Virus record (IMG/VR): IMGVR_UViG_3300015360_000025
Direction: 5' to 3' (one strand)
Length of the DNA: 64,000 nt
DNA from: a virus
The notes beneath the pieces are model-generated. The model was not told the DNA's origin. It made no database searches and saw nothing but the letters and a program-made list of their open reading frames with translations. Position numbers and translations under genes: made by a program. Positions 24,851 to 33,511 of this stretch are shown here, piece after piece (positions within the stretch are counted from its first letter, which is position 1; each line of letters starts with the position of its first letter).

Positions 24851-25641
24851 TGCCGTTTAAGTCTGATCAGCAGAGGAAATGGATGTTTGCGAACGATCCC
24901 GAGATGGCAAAGCGTTGGGCAAAAGATGAAGCTGAACGGAACGGCCACGAAGGATTTGAGGTACAGGACGCCTGCCACGATATGGACCCGCTCGACATTC
25001 GAGAGATGCCGCATCTTCAAGCCGATATAGAAGCGGGTGGCAAAAAGCTGCATATCGTCGATCTTCGGATCGAGCGGTATCCGATCACACAGGTTGAAAA
25101 GCAACGGATGATGCGTGCATTCGCCAAGACGGGACTAGTTGGTGACTTCAACGGGGAACTTCTTCACTTTCGTCCGGACGGTTCGGCTGACGTCATCGAC
25201 CAATCTGCCGCTGCGCAACTTCCGAAGTTGCCAAACGGATGGGACAAGATCATGAAGTTTGTCTCTGAGGCTCACGTCGGTAACCGGTTCATTCCTGACG
25301 ATGACGAACCGATGCTAGAGCCGCTAGCTGTCGCCGGAGATGGTCCCAGCATCCTCAAGGTCTTCATCCGGGAGAACGATGGTAGCATCCCGAAGAATCA
25401 AGATCTCCCGGATCCAAAGAAGGATGGACAGGAGTTCAAGAAGGTCGGCGTGACATATGCGGTTCAGATGGACGAGCCGTTCACGGTCAAGACCATCGAG
25501 AACGACACGGCTGAAGCCAAAGCTGGAGACTTCCTATGTAAGGGACCGAATGGTGACATGTGGCCCGTCGACCAAGAAGTCTTCAAGCAGACCTACAAGC
25601 CTGCCTCACCCAAGCTGGAAAATGTCTTCAAAAGGAAGTGA
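24850..25641 (+). CDS. hypothetical protein with PGDYG-like C-terminal domain
   Basis: MPFKSDQQRKWMFANDPEMAKRW leader and C-terminal AGDFLCKG.NGDMWPV...VF..TY. Confidence 0.65.
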   Translation: MPFKSDQQRKWMFANDPEMAKRWAKDEAERNGHEGFEVQDACHDMDPLDIREMPHLQADIEAGGKKLHIVDLRIERYPITQVEKQRMMRAFAKTGLVGDFNGELLHFRPDGSADVIDQSAAAQLPKLPNGWDKIMKFVSEAHVGNRFIPDDDEPMLEPLAVAGDGPSILKVFIRENDGSIPKNQDLPDPKKDGQEFKKVGVTYAVQMDEPFTVKTIENDTAEAKAGDFLCKGPNGDMWPVDQEVFKQTYKPASPKLENVFKRK

Positions 25642-25644
25642 TAC

Positions 25645-26835
25645 ATGTCTGACCTGAATCTACCTGACATCCCGCTCGAAGCTGAAGTCCCCGTCGATGT
25701 CGAGGACGTACGTGACGAATCTCTCGGTGCTGCCTCCTACGCCTTCATCGGTTCCGGACAGGGCGGTGGACGTTTGGCCGAGGCGTTCTTTAAGCTCGGA
25801 TACCGGAAGACAATCTGTGTCAACACCGCGAAGCAGGACCTCGCCAGCCTCACGCTCCCTGATGAGCAGAAAGTCCTCATCTCCGCGGGAGAGCAGGGAG
25901 CTGGGAAGGACATGAGAGTCGGAGAGGAGGCTGCCGCTAAGGCCCAGCAACAGATCTTCGAGCTCGTCAAGAAGAAGTTCGGACAGATCGATCACATCTT
26001 CATCTGCATCGGTGCCGGCGGTGGTTCAGGTGGCGGATCCAGCCTGGTCCTGATCGAGACGGCCAAGAAGTACCTCGTCTCCATGGGAATCGATGACGTT
26101 GACCAGAAGGTCGGGGTGGTCATGTCGCTTCCGACCAATGGTGAATGCGCTTCTCCGAACGTCGCCAAGAATGCCCAGTTCCTGGCCGATGCTCTCTGCA
26201 AGTTCGCAAAAGAGAAGCTTATCAGCCCGCTGATCTTCGTCGACAACGACAAGATCCAGAAGATGTACCCGAAGCTGACCGTGAAGGAGTTCTGGCCCAC
26301 CGTCAACGCGACCGTGGCCGGACTCTTCCACGTCTTCAACCTGATCCCCACCAAGGATACGCCATACACCACGTTCGACGCGGCCGATTACGGTTCTCTC
26401 ATGCGCGCCGGCGGGTGCATGATCATGGGTGTGACCTCAGTGCGCGACTTGAAGGATGCCAACGGCATCTCCTCAGCCATCCGCGGGAACCTTGAGAAGA
26501 CCCTCCTCGCTGAGGGATTCGATCTTCGTACGGCCACCCACGCCGCCGCGATCGTCCTTGGTGGTAAGAGCATCTTTGAATCTGCTCCAGGTCTCATGGG
26601 CGCCATCGAGGGTGGGCTGGACACCCTTGCCGCCATGACTGGCAAGGCGATGGTGCACCGTGGCATCTACGAGGACGACAAAGACCGACTGGCGGTCTAC
26701 ACTATGGTCGGAGGGCTCGCCTCTCCGGACAAGAGGATCAAGGCGCTTGGACGCCACCAGGCTCCGAAAGGGGACGAGAAGACTGAATCGGCGATGCCGG
26801 CACCGAAGTTTGGCAGCAGACTTTACGACGAGTGA
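25645..26835 (+). CDS. FtsZ/tubulin-family GTPase
   Basis: GSGQGGGRLAE, VNTA..DL, tubulin signature GAGGGSGGGS, DN.K, FD..DY. Confidence 0.9.
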   Translation: MSDLNLPDIPLEAEVPVDVEDVRDESLGAASYAFIGSGQGGGRLAEAFFKLGYRKTICVNTAKQDLASLTLPDEQKVLISAGEQGAGKDMRVGEEAAAKAQQQIFELVKKKFGQIDHIFICIGAGGGSGGGSSLVLIETAKKYLVSMGIDDVDQKVGVVMSLPTNGECASPNVAKNAQFLADALCKFAKEKLISPLIFVDNDKIQKMYPKLTVKEFWPTVNATVAGLFHVFNLIPTKDTPYTTFDAADYGSLMRAGGCMIMGVTSVRDLKDANGISSAIRGNLEKTLLAEGFDLRTATHAAAIVLGGKSIFESAPGLMGAIEGGLDTLAAMTGKAMVHRGIYEDDKDRLAVYTMVGGLASPDKRIKALGRHQAPKGDEKTESAMPAPKFGSRLYDE

Positions 26836-26852
26836 AATAGGGAGCCGAGCGA

Positions 26853-27224
26853 ATGCCAAAGAAGCCCGTTCAGACATACGACTTGATCGATCAGAAGCTT
26901 GATCTCTTCAAGGAACATTTCGACAATCGCATGGGAATGGTCGGGAAAACTCTTGAACGGATGGACGAACGTCTCGATAGAGTAGATGTTACAATGGGAA
27001 AGCAACAAGGGATCCTCGAAGAACATGTTCGAAGGACCAATCTTCTCGAGGAAAAGATCGATGACGAACGGAAGTCGATCGAAGAGAAGGTCGAACCGTT
27101 CAAGACACAACACGTCCAAGTCAAGTTGCTTATGAAGATCGGTGTGGCCATCATTGCCGCTGGTGGGCTTGGCGGCGCAGGATTTGGTATCAAACAGCTC
27201 ATCTCAGCTATCTTTGGCGAGTAA
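26853..27224 (+). CDS. coiled-coil protein with C-terminal TM segment
   Basis: Heptad-rich middle and hydrophobic IGVAIIAAGGLGGAGFGI tail. Confidence 0.65.
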   Translation: MPKKPVQTYDLIDQKLDLFKEHFDNRMGMVGKTLERMDERLDRVDVTMGKQQGILEEHVRRTNLLEEKIDDERKSIEEKVEPFKTQHVQVKLLMKIGVAIIAAGGLGGAGFGIKQLISAIFGE

Positions 27225-27233
27225 GAGGTCGGT

Positions 27234-30200
27234 ATGGCCAAGCAGAAATTCCGCCCGCCCAATGAAACCCAAGGACGCGGGTTCCGTGGTGGTCAGGGAT
27301 TCCCCGTACCGATGGATATGAAGATCGGCTTCGGGGACGAGAAGTATGGTGAATTCGATGCCAGCATCGACGAGGATTCGTTCCTTGAAGACATCGTTGT
27401 AAACGTGTCTGCCAGGGTTACCGGTGGACAGCTCAAGAAGAAGGCGAGGTCTAAGGACGTCGTCTCCAAGAAAGGTTCTCCTCTCGACATCGTGGTCAAG
27501 AATGTCCTGGGTGGCCTACTGGGGGAAGCCGATGAGCAGGGCCCAAAAGGGCCACCGAATGGCATCGCCCACATCGAAGATCTAAAGCCTGAAGAGTTCC
27601 TGAGGTTCCTTGAGAAGTACAGAGACCTGCCACTGGATGGCGGACTCGAGGTATCTGAGAAGGTTGATGGCTCGGCGCATATGTCTTTCGGCGTCAAGGG
27701 TGGCCAACTCTGGACCAAGAGTAAGAATGGTACCGTCAAGATGTCTGCAGACGAGTATCCAGATCAACCGATGTTCCGCGCCTTGAAGCAGGCCCACTGG
27801 GCGCTACAAGAACTGACAACAAAGCTCCCGGAAGGTGTGACGTTTGCCTCCGATGTACTTTACACTCGCATTCCGAATTCGATCGAGTACGGCGACAACA
27901 GGATCGTGGTGCACGGAGTTTCTGGAGGAAATGGTGTCGAGGCCAAACAGGTCATTGATCAGCTGTCTACACAGAGTCTTTCTGACGGTGACCAGAATTG
28001 GAAGATCGAGTTCAAACGTGTCTTATCTCCAGATGAAGTTATGGTTGACGTAAAGGAGGAGTTCAACTCCATCTCCGAAATCTACGACGAGCTGAAGCGA
28101 CTCACACCCAACAAGTTGAAGGCGGTTGGCAAAGGACCGTACAAAGCCGCTCTCGCCAAGTTTCAAGCAATCCAGATGGCGCTAAAGAAGAAGCTTGTAG
28201 GACAACTCCGTGGCAAGAGTTCGGCCTACGGTCCAGAGGGTGGTGACGTCGAGGGACTGGTTTTCCGTGACCTGGAATCGGGTGCGATGACGAAGTTGGT
28301 CGACAAAGAATATTTCACCAAGTTGAATAAGTTCCTCTGGCGGTACCGTGAGATGCTCTATAATGGAGTTAAGATCGGCGACCAGTGGCAATTCGGGATA
28401 CTCCAACGCTTCCGGAATGCGATCGCCGACAATGTCCTCGGATCGGCCGTCGCCAAGACACCTGGTTTCGTGGGACAGTTGAAGAAGTTCGGGTATGATC
28501 TCGAGTACCCTCCTGGGGCTAACACTTCTGACAAGAGAGCAGATTTCCTTCTCTCACAGTACATTCAGAAGAATGGTCTCATGTCGGGTGACTACCTGTC
28601 TGGATTTGTGAAAGAGCTGTACACCGTCGCCGACGACTTCAAAGATCTCAGGAAGGAATGGGATACCAAGAAGAATGGTAACCTGACTCACCATGTGAAG
28701 GATGATCTCGGACATGTCATCAAGTCCATCACGATGGATCAGATCATCAAGGACAGAACAGAAGAGGCGTTCAAGGGTATGGAAGAATTCCTGCTCGGAA
28801 CTGGGAAGGCAATCGGTGAGATCGGCAAGATGAAGGGAGATTTAACAAAGAAGACCGCGCTGCTCAAGCTCATGATGGGACAGGGAAGATTGGAAAAGTT
28901 AGCGACAGAGGCTAGCCCAGGACTCCGCGAATCTGAGTCGCGTGTCGGATCCATCGAACCGTTGGTCCAGAAGAATATGCCGTTGCTGGCGAAGCATGGG
29001 TTTGACATAACCCGTCCGTCCGCCGATTGGCTTCCGAACGCCATCGGATCAGGAGCTTCAGGCACTGCATACAGCATGAAGGACGGTCGCGTTCTGAAGA
29101 TCACTACTGACGATACTGAAGCTCGGGCTAGCAACCACCTCAAAGGAAAGAAGCTCAAGTACGCTGCGCGAATCGACAACGTCTTCAGGTTCAAAGAAGA
29201 GCACGGTATTCCGGGTCGTCCTGTGAAGATGAAGTACTACGGGATCGTCCAGGAGAAAGTTAAACCTCTTTCGTCACCTGTCAAGCAAGAGCTAACAACC
29301 ATCCTTCGACTCGCAGAAGATCTATTCGGATTCGGTTGGATCACTAATGGTCGTGAGAAGAACGAGGCGCACGCAAAAGAATCTATTGCTGGTAATCCTG
29401 ATCTGACGGCAGATATCACGCGCCTTCTGAAGGGTATGAAGCAGCTCAAGCTCTGGGACATGCTGGAAGAGCTTCAGACCAATGGGGTCGAATGGCAGGA
29501 CCTCCATCCCGGTAACGTCATGATGCGCGGGAAGGACCTGGTCGCCATCGATCTTGGTGTCTCCCGCTCCCCTGGAGCAGAGCCAGATATCCTTGAATCA
29601 ATCCAGTACCTAGGAGAAGCCAACACTGGCGACGTAAAGTCAATTCTCAATAAGTTTGAACCTCTCCTTGCGAAGAACGGTATTAATGCCGGTGCGGAAC
29701 TGGGGTCCGGAAGTCAAGCGATCGTCTTCGACGCCGGTGGAGGGAAGGTCCTGAAGATTACTGAGGATCAGTCGGATGCTCAGGCCGCCCTCAAGGCGAA
29801 GGAATCTAATCTAAAGTACGTCGCCAAGGTCTTCAATGTCTTCAAGTTCCCCGGGGAAGACTACTACGGAATCGTCCTCGAGAGACTGGCCCACATTCCT
29901 GGTTCTGAGAGCGCTCCTGAGAGCACGAGCGGGGAGGCGGCGATCTTGGAGGAAGCCATTGACGAGTCTTTCCTCTTCGCTGCTTCGCGGGGAAAGTTCA
30001 TCCGTTCATGGCAGGAAGCTTTCAAAGCGATGAACGCCATTCTCAAGACCAGAATGTCTCTTGTCGGGACGCTCGCCGGTCAGGACATGCAGGAGAACTT
30101 CGCCGCTTCGATCGCCACACTCAAGAAGTACAACATCGATAAGATCATCGACGACATCGGTGCAGTCGGGATTGAGTTCGGTGACTGGCACACGGGCAAC

Positions 30201-31892
30201 ATCATGAAGCGGGGATCTGATTACGTTCTCGTCGATCTGGGTTACTCGAAGGTCCACGGTGGACGTGAGCCGGATGTGCTCGAAAAGAAGGTGGTCGAGG
30301 GGGTGCTGAAGACTCTCCGAGAGGCACGGGCTGACCAGGTAGGGGTTACCATCGGTCGCTTCCAACCGTTCCACAAGGGTCACGCAGAGATCATCCGTGG
30401 ACTCGCCAAGAAATTCGACAAGGTCATCGTCATCGTGGCCGGGAATACCAAGGACAAGAAGAATCCGTTCTCCCTCGAGACGAGGATGCAGTTGATGCAG
30501 AAGTCTCTACCGGACGTCATGTCCAATGTGGAGATCCACAAGGCTGAGTACGGAGGGAAGGGAAGCGGGTACATTCCGGGAGTCCTCTCAGACATCGTGA
30601 AGAACAAGAGGTCTTCGGTCGAGGCAGATACTGCCATCCACATTCTGGTCGGTCCGGATCGGTTCGCCGAGATCAAAAAGCAGTTGGACCACGCCAAATT
30701 GGCCAAGGAGCAGGGGACCGAATTGCTATTTGATCCCAACATGGCTGAGCTCAACCAACTCCCTGGGGTCAAGAATGACGACGATACGGATCGGATCTCC
30801 GGCACCAAGGTGCGTGAAGCTCTCGTTGCCGACCAGAAAGACGTCGTCCAGAGCATGATGGATCCACATCTGGTCTCGAATCCTGCCGACTTTGAGAATC
30901 TCTACGTTAAGATGCGTTCGGAACTGACGGCAGGGTTGGCGGGAAAGCGAGCACGACCGACCGATCCAAATCCCGCAGGTCTTGAAGAAGATCTGAAAGA
31001 CATCGGAAGCGAAGCAGGCGTTCAGGTCGTCCTTCAGGCGAATGCCGAGAAGCTCTTGGCTTCACCGTGGAAGATCGACGTCAACAAGCTTACCCAACTC
31101 GGATCTGGACAGGAGGGGATCGCCTACGACATCGGAGGCGGGAAGGTCATGAAGGTCTCGGCTGACGAGAAGGAAGCCGAGACCAGCTATGGCATCAAGG
31201 GCAAGACGAACCTGAAGCACGTCGTCCATGTCTTTGATGTCTTCCGCTTCATGGACACCCCTGGCATCGTGCAGCCGGTCTACTGTCTCATCACCGAGAA
31301 GCTCATCAAACTGACTGCACCCGAACAGAAGGAATTCGACGACGTCACCGACGAGTGTCAGGCGCAGATGGGCAAGAAGCGGTACATCGACGCCGTCTGG
31401 ACCGGAGACTGGAACCACTTCGTCCAAGAAATGCGATCTGCCTTCCAGGAAGACATCGCCAAAGAGTCGCACCTGCCGCCCGACCATCCACGTCTTGTCA
31501 GGGTCCTCGAATCTCGCATGCAGAGATACCTGCCGATCATGCAGAAGTTCAAGATGTCCGACATGATGTCCGAGCTAAAGGGATTGGGGATCAAGTTCGC
31601 CGACTACCACGGTGGAAACCTGATGAAGAGGGGAGGTGACTATGTCATCAACGATCTTGGCCGTTCGGAATCTACCAGCAATAAAGTACCACCGATGATG
31701 GAAGACATAGTCTCCAAGATCATCGAGGACTTCGGATTCGGTTCGTCTGCCGTCGGAATGAAGGCTGGTAGCTCCGCGTGGTCGACTTCCAAGAACCAAG
31801 TCGATCCTAATTCCAAGGAACTCTGGCAGAACCAACTCAATCGTATGGAACCGTTCCACTCAGGATCGGCGGACATTAAGAGACAGAAGTGA
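27234..31892 (+). CDS. multidomain protein: ligase-like nucleotidyltransferase + kinase + kinase + HxGH (NMNAT/cytidylyltransferase-like) + kinase
   Basis: EKVDG, EGLVFR, KLVDK. Three GSGxxG/VxK/DxHxxN/DLG sets (DLHPGN, DWHTGN, DYHGGN). GRFQPFHKGH and ISGTKVRE. Confidence 0.85.
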   Translation: MAKQKFRPPNETQGRGFRGGQGFPVPMDMKIGFGDEKYGEFDASIDEDSFLEDIVVNVSARVTGGQLKKKARSKDVVSKKGSPLDIVVKNVLGGLLGEADEQGPKGPPNGIAHIEDLKPEEFLRFLEKYRDLPLDGGLEVSEKVDGSAHMSFGVKGGQLWTKSKNGTVKMSADEYPDQPMFRALKQAHWALQELTTKLPEGVTFASDVLYTRIPNSIEYGDNRIVVHGVSGGNGVEAKQVIDQLSTQSLSDGDQNWKIEFKRVLSPDEVMVDVKEEFNSISEIYDELKRLTPNKLKAVGKGPYKAALAKFQAIQMALKKKLVGQLRGKSSAYGPEGGDVEGLVFRDLESGAMTKLVDKEYFTKLNKFLWRYREMLYNGVKIGDQWQFGILQRFRNAIADNVLGSAVAKTPGFVGQLKKFGYDLEYPPGANTSDKRADFLLSQYIQKNGLMSGDYLSGFVKELYTVADDFKDLRKEWDTKKNGNLTHHVKDDLGHVIKSITMDQIIKDRTEEAFKGMEEFLLGTGKAIGEIGKMKGDLTKKTALLKLMMGQGRLEKLATEASPGLRESESRVGSIEPLVQKNMPLLAKHGFDITRPSADWLPNAIGSGASGTAYSMKDGRVLKITTDDTEARASNHLKGKKLKYAARIDNVFRFKEEHGIPGRPVKMKYYGIVQEKVKPLSSPVKQELTTILRLAEDLFGFGWITNGREKNEAHAKESIAGNPDLTADITRLLKGMKQLKLWDMLEELQTNGVEWQDLHPGNVMMRGKDLVAIDLGVSRSPGAEPDILESIQYLGEANTGDVKSILNKFEPLLAKNGINAGAELGSGSQAIVFDAGGGKVLKITEDQSDAQAALKAKESNLKYVAKVFNVFKFPGEDYYGIVLERLAHIPGSESAPESTSGEAAILEEAIDESFLFAASRGKFIRSWQEAFKAMNAILKTRMSLVGTLAGQDMQENFAASIATLKKYNIDKIIDDIGAVGIEFGDWHTGNIMKRGSDYVLVDLGYSKVHGGREPDVLEKKVVEGVLKTLREARADQVGVTIGRFQPFHKGHAEIIRGLAKKFDKVIVIVAGNTKDKKNPFSLETRMQLMQKSLPDVMSNVEIHKAEYGGKGSGYIPGVLSDIVKNKRSSVEADTAIHILVGPDRFAEIKKQLDHAKLAKEQGTELLFDPNMAELNQLPGVKNDDDTDRISGTKVREALVADQKDVVQSMMDPHLVSNPADFENLYVKMRSELTAGLAGKRARPTDPNPAGLEEDLKDIGSEAGVQVVLQANAEKLLASPWKIDVNKLTQLGSGQEGIAYDIGGGKVMKVSADEKEAETSYGIKGKTNLKHVVHVFDVFRFMDTPGIVQPVYCLITEKLIKLTAPEQKEFDDVTDECQAQMGKKRYIDAVWTGDWNHFVQEMRSAFQEDIAKESHLPPDHPRLVRVLESRMQRYLPIMQKFKMSDMMSELKGLGIKFADYHGGNLMKRGGDYVINDLGRSESTSNKVPPMMEDIVSKIIEDFGFGSSAVGMKAGSSAWSTSKNQVDPNSKELWQNQLNRMEPFHSGSADIKRQK

Positions 31893-32917
31893 CTCTCCTC
31901 CGCATCAACCTGAAAAAAGAGAAAAGGAAATTCAAGAAAGCCGTAGCTATACGCACGGCCGTTTCCCCTGATCTCATCTGGAATCCATGGTCGCTTGAAG
32001 CTTTACTTGTTTCATTCGAGAGACATGTGAGACGGGTCGGTCGCGGGCCTGGAGAAAATAGGTCCGTCGCCGAACCGACAGCTCCGACCTTCGGCGGTGA
32101 GATCCAGGGACCGAACACCCATTATGATGTCGACAATGTCGGAGCTTTGTTCGAAGTGAAGGGTCTCTCTGGATACGAAAGAACCATCAATATCGGAGGG
32201 GAAGGGAATTCGCTTGTCACAGACTTCACTTCTCAGATCTGTCTAGTGGTCGGAGAATTGAGAGAGTTCAAGAAGGTGCTAGACATACTCGATAGAGTGA
32301 CAGCTCGCGCCGTCCTGACCGAAGGATTCAGCATCCAACGCTTCAACGATTTCTTCGAAGAGCTAGTGCCCAAGTTGGAGACCGGAGTGGAGATCGCCCG
32401 CGGTACCGTCATCCATGCCGTCGATCAGTTCGAGAGGATCACCAGGTTCATGATCAGGGCGAAAGCGGAGCTTGAAATTTCCAAGAAGAAAATAGGTAGC
32501 GTGATCTTTGACTACGAAGGAAAGACGTTACTCTTGGAACAGGCGTCTTCAGAACTGCAGCTGCAACTGTTAAGAGATGTCGGCGTACCTCCTGAAGAGA
32601 TTGCTCGGAAGTTCTTCTTGATCATCGGTCAGAAGATTACTCACCCATGGCTGACAAACTACGGTAGATTCAGAGAAGCCTGGGAGAACCTCGCCCAAGC
32701 CGCCGACGTCTTAACGGCGGCCACCGACGGGTTGCTTGTCGTGCATGAAGAGTACGGCTGGTTCCTCATACCTCTCAGCGAGGTCAATACTCGGTTGACT
32801 TTCGATTCCATCACCAGGCGATCTCTGCGCTTTCGTCTCAATGCTCTTCCTCCGAAACCCGTAAAGAACGTTCAGAAAACGATCCTGAGGTGTATCAGTG
32901 CCGTCGTGGAATGTTGA
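31889..32917 (+). CDS. hypothetical protein, possible PD-(D/E)XK fold
   Basis: 342 aa overlapping the previous stop (GTGA), with a YDVD-x6-EVK segment. Start uncertain. Confidence 0.45.
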   Translation: MTLLRINLKKEKRKFKKAVAIRTAVSPDLIWNPWSLEALLVSFERHVRRVGRGPGENRSVAEPTAPTFGGEIQGPNTHYDVDNVGALFEVKGLSGYERTINIGGEGNSLVTDFTSQICLVVGELREFKKVLDILDRVTARAVLTEGFSIQRFNDFFEELVPKLETGVEIARGTVIHAVDQFERITRFMIRAKAELEISKKKIGSVIFDYEGKTLLLEQASSELQLQLLRDVGVPPEEIARKFFLIIGQKITHPWLTNYGRFREAWENLAQAADVLTAATDGLLVVHEEYGWFLIPLSEVNTRLTFDSITRRSLRFRLNALPPKPVKNVQKTILRCISAVVEC

Positions 32918-33422
32918 ATGGGTCCGGGCCAAAGAGTATGTGCTCCTGAATTGTGAGTGCACGCCTATCCTTCTCAGTCAATCGTCAAAGCCTGATCTCT
33001 CATGGCTGATGAGTCGGATGGAAGAGCTAAGGATCCCGATTTCGTATACTAAGAATCTGGAAAAGATCATCTTTACCAAGATTCCCAGGGGACACCACGG
33101 CGATTACCAGGGAGACATCATTCGCCTGGCGGCAGATAAGAAGACTGCACCGATCCTAGACAAAGTTTTCGTTCACGAATTAGCTCATCATGTCGACGAT
33201 CACGAAGACATCTCTTCTGACGATCTCCTGATCAAGGAGAAAAAGGTTGCTTCCAAGTACATGGACGATGCCTATGCCAGGAAGAACACGAGTGAATATC
33301 TAGCTGTCGGGTTTGAAGTCTACTACCTCGGGACCAAGGAAGAGAAGAAGAAATTGAGGGCCAAAAACCCACGCCTCTACCGTGCGATCGCCGCTTTACA
33401 CCGGAAATTCAGTCGCATGTGA
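32898..33422 (+). CDS. zincin metallopeptidase-like protein (HExxH)
   Basis: FVHELAHHVD plus downstream YA..N.SEY.A.GFE.YY, similar to lethal-factor/Pro-Pro peptidase-type zincins. Start uncertain. Confidence 0.65.
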   Translation: MPSWNVEWVRAKEYVLLNCECTPILLSQSSKPDLSWLMSRMEELRIPISYTKNLEKIIFTKIPRGHHGDYQGDIIRLAADKKTAPILDKVFVHELAHHVDDHEDISSDDLLIKEKKVASKYMDDAYARKNTSEYLAVGFEVYYLGTKEEKKKLRAKNPRLYRAIAALHRKFSRM

Positions 33423-33511
33423 AGAGGCTCACTTGGCCTCCTGATGCCTAATTAACATGTGCGCTTTCAAAGCACAAATCACTGAAGACACCAACACAAG
33501 GACACAAAGCA

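Noticed and set aside
25645-26835. Evidence for a phage nucleus (chimallin) system
   Set aside because: Only a tubulin homologue is visible. No chimallin or multisubunit phage RNA polymerase was recognised in this window.
27234-31892. Polyprotein as an assembly chimera or intein-containing gene
   Set aside because: Single uninterrupted frame, uniform codon style, no Hint-domain motifs, and ordered linkers. Read-level confirmation is still advisable.
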